Of a stretch of 64,000 nucleotides of DNA, positions 13,301 through 20,664 are shown piece by piece. This stretch comes from Basidiobolus meristosporus CBS 931.73 (taxonomy: Eukaryota; Fungi; Basidiobolomycota): positions 1-64,000 of the forward strand of contig MCFE01000062.1 in assembly GCA_002104905.1 (NCBI GenBank), read 5' to 3'. The notes under the pieces are model-generated. The model was given only the letters and a program-made list of their open reading frames with translations. It did no database searches and was not told the origin of the DNA. The position numbers were made by a program, and so were the translations under genes. Numbering within the stretch: the stretch's first letter is position 1; the number at the start of each line of letters is the position of its first letter.

Positions 13301-16300
13301 TCCGCATCATAGTGAAGCAGGAAGTGCCACTGAAGATGCTCTTCGAAGCACCCACCGTCGCATCCTTGAGTGAAAGACTGGAAGAAATGATCAGTGAGAA
13401 CACCGAGGTTGATGAATCGGTCCCTGTGCTGAGGAGACTTGATCGTGGGGAAGAAATTCCGCTGTCGTTTGCGCAGGAGAGACTGTGGTTTATGAACGAA
13501 CTGGTTCCTAATAGCCCTTTTTATAATATGCCGCTGACCTTGACACTAAGTGGAACTCTCAATATTGATGCTCTGAAGAAATCTATCCTGAATATCATTC
13601 ATCGGCATGAAACCTTAAGAACAACTTTCCAACTCTCCTCTAACGGTCCAGTTCAAACGATTAAGCCTGTCTCCGATTTTTCTACGTCTCTTGTTGATTT
13701 CGTCGATATAACCTCCAATCAACAGTCGCTTCGAACTATTATTGCTCAGGAATCTGCTAAGCCTTTTAGCTTGAAGGATGGACCCTTAATTAGAGTCAAG
13801 CTCATACAAATTGCATCAGGAGAGTATGTACTAGTTATTGTTATACACCACATTGTATCCGATGGGTGGTCAATAGCTGTGTTGCAGAAGGAGCTTGCAG
13901 CCTTTTATGAATCTAATATATGTTCTAAGCCACAACCCTTATCCGAACTATCTATTCAGTACGTGGACTTTGCCGTATGGCAGCGTGAATGGCTACAAGG
14001 TGTAAGGCTGCAGAAGCAATCAAGTTACTGGAAAAAACAACTACAAGGCATTACACCACTAGCTTTGGCTACTGATAAGATACGCCCAGCAATATCGAGT
14101 CACCATGGCCAGACTTATCAACTATTTTTATCAGGACCATTGACTAGAAAGCTACGAGCCCTGGGTCAAAACCATGGTGCAACATTATTTATGACACTGT
14201 TGGCAGCTTTCCAGGTCTTGCTCTACAAGAGCACCGGTCAGAACGACATCGCCGTTGGTTCTCCTATTGCCAATCGTAATCGAAAAGAAATTGAGGCACT
14301 GATTGGTTTCTTTGTCAACACCTTGGTGCTTCGTGTGCAGGTTAACCCGGACGCGACGTTCAGTGATATACTTAACCAAGTCAAAGCCACTACCCTCGAT
14401 GCTTATGGCAATCAGGATTTACCATTTGAAAAGGTGGTAGCAGAATTACAGCCTGAACGCGATCTGAGTCGTAATCCACTAGTACAGGTGATCTTTGCAC
14501 TGCATGAATTGTCAATTGACAAATTCGAAATGAAAGATCTAAAGGTCAATGTCTACAACGATGACCTGGTAACATCCCGCATGGATTTAGAGGTGCACAT
14601 CTATCCACAAGATTATGGACTGAGGATAGAAGCAATCTACTGTAGTGATTTGTTTGTTTCAAGCACCATTGAGCAATTGTTCAAAGGTTTCCTTAACATC
14701 TTGGAATCTATTACTGCAGACTCCCATCAAACGGTGGGAAGAATTAGTTTACTTGATGCCTCCGAACGCGAATCTCTGCTTTTAAACCGTAATCTGACAC
14801 ACTCCCAGTACCCATGCGACCAATCCATGGTCGACCTCTTTGAGAGTCAAGTCAAAATAATTCCCGATGATATTGCTGTGGTAGACAATGACCTTCAACT
14901 TACCTACCAGCAACTACACCAAATGTCCGATCGCCTTGCCTCTCATCTAGTCAGCCTGGGCGTGCGCATTGAGTCTGCCGTTGGTGTTTGCTTGGATCGC
15001 TCTCCCCTAATGGTGGTCGCCTTGTTGGCCATCCTCAAGGCTGGCGGTGCCTACGTCCCACTTGACTCCCAGTATCCCTCCGAAAGACTGCAGTTCATGC
15101 TTTCCGACACAGAGGCCACCGTCGTGATTTGCCAGAAATCAAACATGGCCAGCATACCCAAGGGAGAGTACAAGCTGGTATGCCTGGATGAGGAGATGGA
15201 TAGTCTGATGAGTGGCCCGTACACCCCGACACCAAATCGGTCAGCCTCATCCAACCTTGCTTACATCATATATACCTCGGGGTCCACCGGAACTCCTAAG
15301 GGCGTTTTGGTTGAGCAACGGTCAGTGGTCCGCCTGGTCAAGAACACCGACTATGTGAACATCCAGACAGGTGACAACATTGCCCACATCTCCAGCACTT
15401 CATTCGATGCTGCAACATTCGAGGTTTGGGGGGCTCTGCTCAATGGTGCCACGGTTGTTTGTATAAAGCATTCCGAAGTTATTGACTTCCAACTGCTTTC
15501 CAAGAATCTATCTACCCACTCCGTAAGCATTCTATTCTTGACTACAGCACTATTCAACCGCATAGTCGAGGATGCCCCCAATGTGTTTGACAGTGTGAAG
15601 CAGGTGATGTTCGGAGGTGAGGCTGCAGATCCCCACTCTATTCAACAATTTCTCTCGCTGGTCAACCGGCCAAGATTGCTGAATATTTACGGCCCTACCG
15701 AAAACACTGCATTCTCAACCTGGTATGAGGTGGACCACATCTCAAGCAACATCCCCATCGGAAAGCCCATCGCCAATAGCAAGGCCTACGTCCTCGATCA
15801 CCAGCTCTTCCCTGTTCCTGTCGGCTTTGTGGGTGAGCTTTGTGTCGCTGGGGATGGCTTGGCTAGAGGCTACCTCAATAGGCCAGACTTGACTGCTCAG
15901 AAGTTCGTGGTCAACCCCAATCCGGAATGCAACGGCGAGATTCTCTATCGCACTGGAGATCTCGCACGCTACAGAAGTGACGGGAACCTGGAGTTTGTTG
16001 GGCGTGTGGATCGTCAAGTGAAGATTCGTGGCTTCCGAATCGAGTTAGATGAAATCAAATCCAAATTAATGGAGCACTCTGGCGTCAAGGAATGCGCTGT
16101 GCTAGTAAATGAGAAGTCTGGTGTAAAGCGCATTATAGCTTATGTTGTCAAAAGTGCAGATTCTCTAGATTCTAACGAGGACACTCTACTGAACTACCTT
16201 GCCAAATCCCTACCAAGGTATATGCTACCACACGCATTAATCATGCTAGATGGCCTTCCGCTTCTACCTAGTGGGAAGTTGGATACTCAATCTCTCGCCG

Positions 16301-17388
16301 CATTAACTGATAACTCCTTAACCTCAAAGTCTCACGTTGAGCCACGCACTCCTCTAGAAAGCAGCCTCGCAAGTATCATGGCCGAGGTACTATCTCTGGA
16401 ACAAGTTGGTATCGATGATAGCTTTTTCGATCTTGGTGGGCATTCGTTATTGTCGATTCATTTCATTGCAAGAATTCGGAAGTCTTTGGAAACGAACGTC
16501 AGCTTACAAGCTCTCTTTGAGGCACCAACTGTAGCTATGTTGGCGAAATATATCAGCAAGAACCAGAATGGGGAGCACGATATTATGGAAAATCCAGTAA
16601 CCGTACTCCGCAAAGGAAGTGACGAAACTCCTATTGTCATGGTTCATGCCATTGGCGGTGGTCTTTCGTGTTACCAGCCACTTCTCGAAGCATTTTGTCA
16701 AGAACAGACTATATACGGAGTGTATTCCTCTGATTTCCTCGGACTTAGTCAGAGACAAACATTCCCAGATATGAAATCCATGGCTGAGTATTATGTTCAG
16801 TCGTTACTGAGACTCTCCAACGCAAAGAGGTTTATACTTGGCGGTTGGTCATATGGAGGCAATGTTGCCTTTGAGATGGCCATCCAACTACAGAAGATGG
16901 GAATCACGGTGCCGATAGTGGTGCTTTTTGACTCATATCCCCTATTCGGAGTTCCCAATCACGAGTTGTTCTCAGTCCCGTTGACCACAATGATTACCAC
17001 TTTGATGAACCAGATGCAAGAATCCACGGAGATTGTGTCGGAGGAGTTAATCATGGTGCGAGACCTATTCGGATTGAGTACGAACATGACCAGAGACGAT
17101 GAGGTCACCCTTGAGCTACTTACCAGCGCCCTTAAGAGGATTAACCACATGCAGGAATATCTTCCTGACCCCTATGAGGGCACAGTATACCAGTTTAGAA
17201 GCTCCGACGTCCAAGTGTACGATCCCGAAGATACTGAGCGTGTCTCGAGTCAGGCAAGACAATGGTCCGAATTCGTCAATGGGGAGTACATCACCGAAAC
17301 AGTGGCTGGAACCCATTTCACCATAATGCAGTCGCCTTATGTTGAAACTATTGCCACAAAACTGGAGCCAATTGTTAGAGGATTATAA
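1390..17388 (+). CDS. Tetramodular NRPS, C0-A1(nMT)-T1-C2-A2-T2-C3-A3(nMT)-T3-C4-A4-T4-TE, single exon (~5330 aa)
   Basis: Uninterrupted ORF. Four A domains (YIIYTSGSTGTPKG, YGPTE, YRTGD), four T domains (FFDLGGHSL), three intact C domains (HHIxSDG), two SAM-binding N-methyltransferases (ILEIGCGTG) inserted between A8 and A9, and a terminal thioesterase (GWSYGG...GTHF). First ATG is 1390, alternative 1468; the ORF track's 1330 start is TTG. Confidence 0.97.
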   Translation: MLTIREPILENSGSHEDGKHLTKPREMQSDAFPFSLEQEQIWAFEKGSSNSANNLPIALLLRGPLDCDALKWSIAQLVNRYPLLRSKVLDGKVPHLQIGITGPTAIQLEEHGVPKIPTEENIRECIEEEVNQPFSLTQEYPIRIKLLKFIQDISLMVITVHRLAATLETMHSLQSNLAVLYNSYGVAREHNFEAVQEFNPEQQYQNISQTILKDQITFWEEHLAGLAPIGLSTDKLRRNNSINRARIQKMHIPEELSVKLTRITEQNQTDLYTTLLSAVQILLYLYTKNEDIAVATNLQFYTSTVNTTQIVRSEIKGEKTFEELIQGVKHKVIEVLKHQGWPWQKYFSESNTRDEQGFPKIEVYFDVHNWKQEEIQMHDLEVTCLNDFERSTSYELEIHVFNEGTGLQIQFIYQTDVLHITTVQKMQQVLFKLLDSLTSDSSLSLDNVELLDKQEREMLMQDWNETESIYPNSQSIPDEFEKQVLAAPEAVAVVHNDTKLTYQQLHQMSDRLASHLVSLGVRIESAVGVCLDRSPLMVVALLAILKAGGAYVPLDSQYPSERLQFMLSDTEATVVICQKSNMASIPKGEYKLVCLDEEMDSLMSGPYTPTPSRSTSSNLAYIIYTSGSTGTPKGVLVEQRSVVRLVKNTDYVNIQAGDSIAHISSTSFDAATFEVWGALLNGATVVCMSHAEVIDLNVLAKNMAKYSVTTMFLTTALFNRIVEDSPDVFVSVKQVMFGGEAVDHRSVQRFLALPDRPRLLHVYGPTENTTFSTWYEVDHISSNIPIGKPIANSKAYVLDHQLFPVPVGFVGELCVAGDGLARGYLNRPDLTAQKFVVNPNPECNGEILYRTGDLARYRSDGNLEFVGRMDHQVKVRGFRIELGEVENALLQQDSIKECVVVAREDLSGEKQLVGYVVVNGETTSGMDVQQVDEWETVFDQHVYEELGNDIAEPSFNITGWKCTLTGEDIPSDEMREWLRDTISGIRSLGGQDILEIGCGTGMLLFEIAPHCRRYLGTDVSSAALSYVSRYLDTYSLRDTVQLEQRGGDQLEDMVEQSFDTAICNSVAQYFPNIDYLRAVITRVVKLLRPGGHFFLGDMRSLVLLKHFHSSMELHKAHSDLKVSELQQIISDRMLSEKELLVDPAFFFALKEEIPEISHVDILTKSGDSLNELTQYRYQAIIHVGPGSDREVVEHWLDYQEASLTLERVEEQLLLSRPQCLALENVPNIRLSREVALVKLLEAEQSKDLTVARVRELLEKEAPTGVKVDDLYTLAEKTGYHVSVSWNRQLRDGSFDVIFSKRQGTESLPPRHLFKEPEFYAWKWKSYGNNPMHEAVNKQFVPRLRDQLRAVLPKFMVPSAIVILDALPLMPNGKINRRALPAPGSHQVGDDAAYVPPRTPLELAIGSIVAEILGFERVSIHDNFFDLGGHSLSATKVMSRVRIIVKQEVPLKMLFEAPTVASLSERLEEMINENTEVDESVPVLRRLDRGEEIPLSFAQERLWFMNELVPNSPFYNIPLVLTLNGHLNECALKSSIESILNRHEALRTVFPVVDGKPIQRIEGSTSIQWEIEDISQHSNCKELLKSRITEESVKPFDLVRGPVIRFNVIRVAPQEHVLLIILHHIVSDGWSITLIQEELSALYSSHIHGDQPQLSSLPIQYADFSVWQREWLQGENLDRQMKYWKGQLEGIANLALPTDYPRASMMNFQGAVVSTQIPRGLTQRLVDICQKKGTTLFMTLLAAFEILLYRYTEQEDIVIGSPIANRNRKEIEGLIGFFVNTQVLRVHIEHDLTFSNLLSRVKAVTLDAYSHQDVPFEQIVAELQPERDLSRNPLVQVMFALQEVLIDEFPFGDMTATSVSSNEITTRFDLEVHFWKHNEGLKADFIYSTSLFKSETMERMLRHLHRILEAVAEDPYQPIGNIDILDPSERQKYLIDWNPIDKTPRDGKSIVGAFEDQVRNTPDAVAVIQDELTLTYLQLQEQSNQLARYLMSIGVETESYVGICMERSPLMIIALLAILKARAAYVPLDSQSPPDRLAHILTDTRATVVICQKSTMSILPDGDYKNVCLDLEIPGLLDLSPDRIENAPTPNNLAYIIYTSGSTGTPKGVLIEHRSVVGMVKDVQYLSICNEDKVSHIASPSFDAAVFEIWGSLLNGAMLVCFSREDILDLGVFSKKVASYGVNTLFLTTALFNHCVESAPGLFDRVDNVLIGGEQADHRRVKQFLELSTGGRLLNMYGPTENSTFSTWHEITQQYDTVPIGKPITGRRAYILDRSLRPVPVGVIGELCVAGGGLARGYLNREQATSQSFVINPNKECNGEVIYRTGDRARLMNDGNIQFVGRIDHQVKIRGYRIELGEIDGVLQRNKSVAQSYVTTKSLSADEKSIVAYVVMSKEAPPLSLPSLTEYLASKLPKYMMPTAIIILDQMPLLPSGKLDFKALPNPGAQNTLSHVAYVAPRDFTEQCIAEAWQEVLNIERVGIYDNFFDLGGHSLSATKAISRIGHLFKKEIALKWIFEFPTVISLGQKVSEVLGSNSCSMNSPIVKQQKKNTLQMSFAQERLWFMNQLMPDNPFYNMPLALNIKGKLDIQVLESVINTVVKRHDILRTTFGNSGCNPIQKINPHSEFLLQMVDISKSPGNTRELRAYITSESQKPFDLVNGPVIRVNLVKVGEEEHILLIVLHHIISDGWSITVLQEELSLLYRAYSQGLPSPLHELTIQYADFAVWQREWLQGENFEKQMQYWKDQLSGIGDLSLPTDYIRPPVLSYNGGLEQLELSASLTNDLRDLSKKESSTLFMTLLAAFEVLLFRYTGQEDIAIGSPIANRNRKEIERLIGFFVNTQVIRVQVDREATFNELVSRVKEVTLGAYSHQDVPFEQIVAELQPERDLSRNPLVQVMFVLQDATVDAFTFGDLNATLVNTDRISTRFDLEVHFWKRDEGLKADFIYSTDLFSPKTMKHMLLDLHKILQMVATNPDLPIGDLNMLDSAERGSLLVDWNNTSTDYPRDNSLVAIFKNQVQSTPEAVAVVHNDTKLTYQQLHQMSDRLASHLVSLGVRIESAVGVCLDRSPLMVVALLAILKAGGAYVPLDSQYPSERLQFMLSDTEATVVICQKSNMASIPKGEYKLVCLDEEMDSLMSGPYTPTPNRSTSSNLAYIIYTSGSTGTPKGVLVEQRSVVRLVKNTDYVNIQAGDNIAHISSTSFDAATFEVWGALLNGATVVCMSHAEVIDLNVLAKNMAKYSVTTMFLTTALFNRIVEDSPDVFVSVKQVMFGGEAVDHRSVQRFLALPDRPRLLHVYGPTENTTFSTWYEVDHISSNIPIGKPIANSKAYVLDHQLFPVPVGFVGELCVAGDGLARGYLNRPDLTAQKFVVNPNPECNGEILYRTGDLARYRSDGNLEFVGRMDHQVKVRGFRIELGEVENALLQQDSIKECVVVAREDLSGEKQLVGYVVVNGETTSGMDVQQVDEWETVFDQHVYEELGNDIAEPSFNITGWKCTLTGEDIPSDEMREWLRDTISGIRSLGGQDILEIGCGTGMLLFEIAPHCRRYLGTDVSSAALSYVSRYLDTYSLRDTVQLEQRGGDQLEDMVEQSFDTAICNSVAQYFPNIDYLRAVITRVVKLLRPGGHFFLGDMRSLVLLKHFHSSMELHKAHSDLKVSELQQITSDRMLSEKELLVDPAFFFALKEEIPEISHVDILTKSGDSLNELTQYRYQAIIHVGPGSDREVVEHWLDYQEASLTLERVEEQLLLSRPQCLALENVPNIRLSREVALVKLLEAEQSKDLTVARVRELLEKEAPTGVKVDDLYTLAEKTGYHVSVSWNRQLRDGSFDVIFSKRQGTESLPPRHLFKEPEFYAWKWKSYGNNPMHEAVNKQFVPRLRDQLRAVLPKFMVPSAIVILDALPLMPNGKINRRALPAPGSHQVGDDAAYVPPRTPLELAIGSIVAEILGFERVSIHDNFFDLGGHSLSATKVMSRVRIIVKQEVPLKMLFEAPTVASLSERLEEMISENTEVDESVPVLRRLDRGEEIPLSFAQERLWFMNELVPNSPFYNMPLTLTLSGTLNIDALKKSILNIIHRHETLRTTFQLSSNGPVQTIKPVSDFSTSLVDFVDITSNQQSLRTIIAQESAKPFSLKDGPLIRVKLIQIASGEYVLVIVIHHIVSDGWSIAVLQKELAAFYESNICSKPQPLSELSIQYVDFAVWQREWLQGVRLQKQSSYWKKQLQGITPLALATDKIRPAISSHHGQTYQLFLSGPLTRKLRALGQNHGATLFMTLLAAFQVLLYKSTGQNDIAVGSPIANRNRKEIEALIGFFVNTLVLRVQVNPDATFSDILNQVKATTLDAYGNQDLPFEKVVAELQPERDLSRNPLVQVIFALHELSIDKFEMKDLKVNVYNDDLVTSRMDLEVHIYPQDYGLRIEAIYCSDLFVSSTIEQLFKGFLNILESITADSHQTVGRISLLDASERESLLLNRNLTHSQYPCDQSMVDLFESQVKIIPDDIAVVDNDLQLTYQQLHQMSDRLASHLVSLGVRIESAVGVCLDRSPLMVVALLAILKAGGAYVPLDSQYPSERLQFMLSDTEATVVICQKSNMASIPKGEYKLVCLDEEMDSLMSGPYTPTPNRSASSNLAYIIYTSGSTGTPKGVLVEQRSVVRLVKNTDYVNIQTGDNIAHISSTSFDAATFEVWGALLNGATVVCIKHSEVIDFQLLSKNLSTHSVSILFLTTALFNRIVEDAPNVFDSVKQVMFGGEAADPHSIQQFLSLVNRPRLLNIYGPTENTAFSTWYEVDHISSNIPIGKPIANSKAYVLDHQLFPVPVGFVGELCVAGDGLARGYLNRPDLTAQKFVVNPNPECNGEILYRTGDLARYRSDGNLEFVGRVDRQVKIRGFRIELDEIKSKLMEHSGVKECAVLVNEKSGVKRIIAYVVKSADSLDSNEDTLLNYLAKSLPRYMLPHALIMLDGLPLLPSGKLDTQSLAALTDNSLTSKSHVEPRTPLESSLASIMAEVLSLEQVGIDDSFFDLGGHSLLSIHFIARIRKSLETNVSLQALFEAPTVAMLAKYISKNQNGEHDIMENPVTVLRKGSDETPIVMVHAIGGGLSCYQPLLEAFCQEQTIYGVYSSDFLGLSQRQTFPDMKSMAEYYVQSLLRLSNAKRFILGGWSYGGNVAFEMAIQLQKMGITVPIVVLFDSYPLFGVPNHELFSVPLTTMITTLMNQMQESTEIVSEELIMVRDLFGLSTNMTRDDEVTLELLTSALKRINHMQEYLPDPYEGTVYQFRSSDVQVYDPEDTERVSSQARQWSEFVNGEYITETVAGTHFTIMQSPYVETIATKLEPIVRGL
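1468..2760 (+). other. NRPS N-terminal condensation-like domain with degenerate active site
   Basis: Has C-domain motifs (FSLEQEQIW; LYTTLLSAVQILLYLYTKNEDIAV), but HHxxxDG reads HRLAATL at ~1870-1890. Boundaries approximate. Confidence 0.8.
2854..5936 (+). repeat. Direct repeat copy 1 (A1-nMT-T1-linker plus start of C2), 3083 bp
   Basis: Matches 10447-13529 at constant offset 7593 with about 16 substitutions counted by eye and no indels. Confidence 0.95.
4150..5390 (+). other. N-methyltransferase domain embedded in A1
   Basis: VDEWETVFD...GWKCTLTGEDIPSDEMREW...ILEIGCGTGMLLF...NSVAQYFP, followed by return to A9/A10 (LPKFMVPS...PNGKINRRALP). Boundaries approximate. Confidence 0.92.
10447..13529 (+). 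repeat. Direct repeat copy 2 (A3-nMT-T3-linker plus start of C4), 3083 bp
   Basis: Near-identical to 2854-5936; duplicated antisense ORFs in the ORF track show the same 7593 offset. Confidence 0.95.
11743..12983 (+). other. N-methyltransferase domain embedded in A3
   Basis: Near-identical copy of the module 1 nMT at offset +7593. Confidence 0.92.
14902..15452 (+). repeat. Partial third copy, N-terminal part of A4
   Basis: Near-identical to 2890-3440 (offset 12012). Confidence 0.9.
15712..16005 (+). repeat. Partial third copy, C-terminal part of A4 core
   Basis: Near-identical to 3700-3993 (offset 12012). Confidence 0.9.
16620..17385 (+). other. Terminal thioesterase domain
   Basis: VHAIGGGLSCY, GWSYGG nucleophile elbow, FDSYP, VAGTHFTIM. 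Boundaries approximate. Confidence 0.9.
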
Positions 17389-19423
17389 GCAAAGGGCATT
17401 GAGATTTACGTATGCATGGCCTCTCACATTAAATAAAGTTCTCGTTTTTGACAGTGATTGATTTAGGATATTGACTGATAAGTAGGCATCATTATGTGCG
17501 GATTCTCTGAAAGTATGTGTGTAGTATGAGTTGTGATTCACAGACATCTAACTTCAGTGATATTTTATCGTTAACACAACCCAAGAAGAGATTCGTGATT
17601 CAAGCAGCATTAGCGTGCTAAACAGCTTTGTATTTGCCTATAGTAGCTTTCTGTCTATTTCCATGAACTAGTCATTGTGATATAATGAGGATTCTTCTCA
17701 CGCAGTGCTCCTTAGTGTATTGATATTAATTCTGGTATGATGCATCCACCTATTTAGCTTATCCAATAAAGGAAGGGATGATTTCGTCACACAACTCAGG
17801 CGACCTACCTGGCCATTTGCTGAGATCAATGGATTATATTATCTCGACAGGAATGCTAATCTTTGTATCATGTATGGTACCGTGGTGATCGATAGCATCA
17901 CCTCGTACTCCAGTATGACTTTTTGTTGATTACTACGTGAGCCAAAGATCGGTCTTGACCAAGTATATTGTGCTCGCCAGGTTATTAGCCATATTTTTGA
18001 AGCATCCATTCAGATGTGGTTACCACCAGAATAAGATTCCGGGTAAACAATGGGGGGGGGTGAAATAATCCGAGAATGTATTCAAATAACCCATCAATAG
18101 GTGTTTATTCACAAAAGGTACTCAGCTACTGGTAGCATTGATATATCCGGATAATTATGTTGCTGACTAACCTTTCTCTAACTCTGGCTAACAATTAGGC
18201 TAGTGAAACAAGTCAGGCAGTATCAAATTACATTTAGTGAACAAGTCACAGACTAGAAGACACGCACGTACCTGCTGATCCTTGATGTGGAGCGTGGTAT
18301 CTATTGCTCTCGCTGAGCTTCGAAGAAAATCACAATGCCAACGAGGAGTTAAGTAGGTGCCTGAAATCATGTACAACGTTTGGGGCCTTCTAGTGCTTTC
18401 AAAAGTAATATATATCTGGAGATCTCAACTATACTATGCAATTATTAGAATTGGCTGCATAATCCAGATCTCTAAATATATTACTAGGATATTTATTCAA
18501 CTGGGACAGTGGCATAACAGAGCCAAGACTGGTTAGGTTTGTTGTCTTTTTGGTGTCTCAAACAAACAGTATATCCCTGGCCTAGTGCTTGGCTATTTTC
18601 TACCCAAGGACTCAGTGGGAATTCGTGTCACCAAGCGATGCATACTGCACTGACTATTGTTCACAGAAGGGGAATCTTGCTGCCTGTAACATGTCGTGGG
18701 TTCTCCCAAAGGCAGATGTGATAAGGGACTTCCAGCATATGTATTGATTTAACTTGCATTGAGCAACGATAATTCTTCACTGAGATGTAGATCGATGATA
18801 CCATAGCTTATTCTCAAACGATGATCTACGCAATCATCAAGATCCACACCTCTGCTCACATGAAGATCAAGACATTGAGGATCCTGACGCCTTGATCATT
18901 GGTCAGAGAGCACATAAAACAAGGTCTCTTGACTACAGGGGGTTTAGGGAGAGCTTGAGCGAGTATCTTTCCGAATTACTCCATGGGATGATTGTGTGAA
19001 GTCACTGCAGATGCTTATAATAGTAATCAGCACAATGATTCACATAAACTTGTGGTCGATATTTATGAAATGAACATATGATTCTGTGGATTCATTCGAA
19101 AGGGCTATTTATGGACTGTCCAGTCAGCAGCAGTCAACAGTCCCCTTATTTTCTCCAGTTTTATTTGACTTCACCACAATATCTAAGGACCTTGTTCTCC
19201 ATACCGCATTGCCAGTTTTTAGAAGAAGCATCCAATTACGTAGTTGTCCTCCTGTAAATAAATTGCATTATCGTTGCTGATTCTCCTAATATTTCATTTT
19301 CATCTTGTGTGTATGGATTGTTTATCGATTCATATTCTTTATATCTTTCTTTCACTCTCGTCCTTTTGGTTACTTAATATTCATCCTTTTTAAGTTTTAG
19401 CTACACTCAGTGAAGTAATATCG

Positions 19424-20664
19424 ATGGTGATCTGGTCCTTGTATTGCTCTTTGCTTCTAGGTATCGCTTTAGGGATTAACGCGTGGGCAAATGCGACCAT
19501 CATTGTCTTGGTAAGCCATGTTTTGCATTTGGCCACTTAGAAATCATACTTATTTTGCTGTATCCTTGTTGGAAAATATCAGTCCACAAACGACACATAC
19601 CAGGTTTGTTGCGCCAAGCGTGGATCTCTCGCTGCTTATTATTTACACACTGTTCAGGATCGCATTGCTGCTTTCGGTCCTCGCCTTAGTGACAAGGGAA
19701 TAAATGGAACGTTGGCGCTGGTAGAAACATATGCTCCCGAAAACAAGCATGCCTGCAAAGTAATCCCACCCCCGCCAGTGGCTGACTGGATTGCCCTGGT
19801 TGAACGGGGTCACTGCCCTTTTATTGAGAAAGTCCGCAATATGCAGATGTCCGGTGCTATCGCTGTGGTTGTGGGGGATGCCGAGTTCGATAGTTTAGTT
19901 ACTATGTATGCCTCTGGTGAGTTCTTTGTATTGCTCCCCCAACTATACTTTTTCAAACTAACGTCTCATCGATCAAAACAGGTGACACTTCCGATGTTAG
20001 GATACCCTCAGTATTTACTCCACAATCTCAATACGAGCAAATTCGCTTTCTCAGCTCATTTGTAGATGAGCCATTGATGATCCATTTAATCAAAGACGAT
20101 ATGTTAGACTGGTAATGCTCCTCCTATATCTCAAGCAGCACACCTGTATTGATGATTCTTCCAAAGGCCCTTGCTTGATGTTATTATTGTTACTTTGTTA
20201 TCGCCCACAATCATGATGACATTTATATATGCCTTATGGAGATTTCGCCAACGTCAACGGCAGAAGCGCGACCTTGCACCTGTCAGTGTCATCTCAAATC
20301 TCCCGAAGAAAAAGTTTTACAAGGAGAAGAGGAAGGGCAACGAGCCTCAAGAGTGTGTGATCTGTTTGGAGGATTATGTAGATGAGGACAGATTGCGTAT
20401 TCTTCCTTGCAAGCACGAATTCCACATTGACTGCATTGGTAATTTGTTACCTTACGTTGTGCCATGATTCAAGAAAACTCACCTTTGTTCCTTTATAGAT
20501 CCTTGGCTTACCACTCGTAAGAAATTTGTAAGTCAATCTTTCTTGTTGACTGATCGAGGATATATTCCCAGTATTAATACAAATCACAGTGCCCTATCTG
20601 TAAGCAAGATACCTGCCCTAGCGAAGATACGCCACTGCTTCCGATTCGAGAAGGAAATCCTTAG
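19424..20664 (+). CDS. PA-domain transmembrane RING-H2 E3 ubiquitin ligase (RNF13/RMR-like), multi-exon
   Basis: Spliced model: signal peptide MVIWSLYCSLLLGIALG, PA domain (DRIAAFGP...IALVERGHCPFIEKVRNMQMSGAIAVVVGD), TM helix, RING-H2 CVICLEDY...LPCKHEFHIDC/DPWLTTRKKF/CPICK, and a C-terminal EDTPLL dileucine sorting motif. GT-AG introns, e.g. at 19511 and 19604. Confidence 0.9.

Noticed and set aside
2625-17326. Many short antisense or alternate-frame ORFs inside the NRPS, several repeated
   Set aside because: Shadows of the long coding frame; their repetition only mirrors the module duplication.
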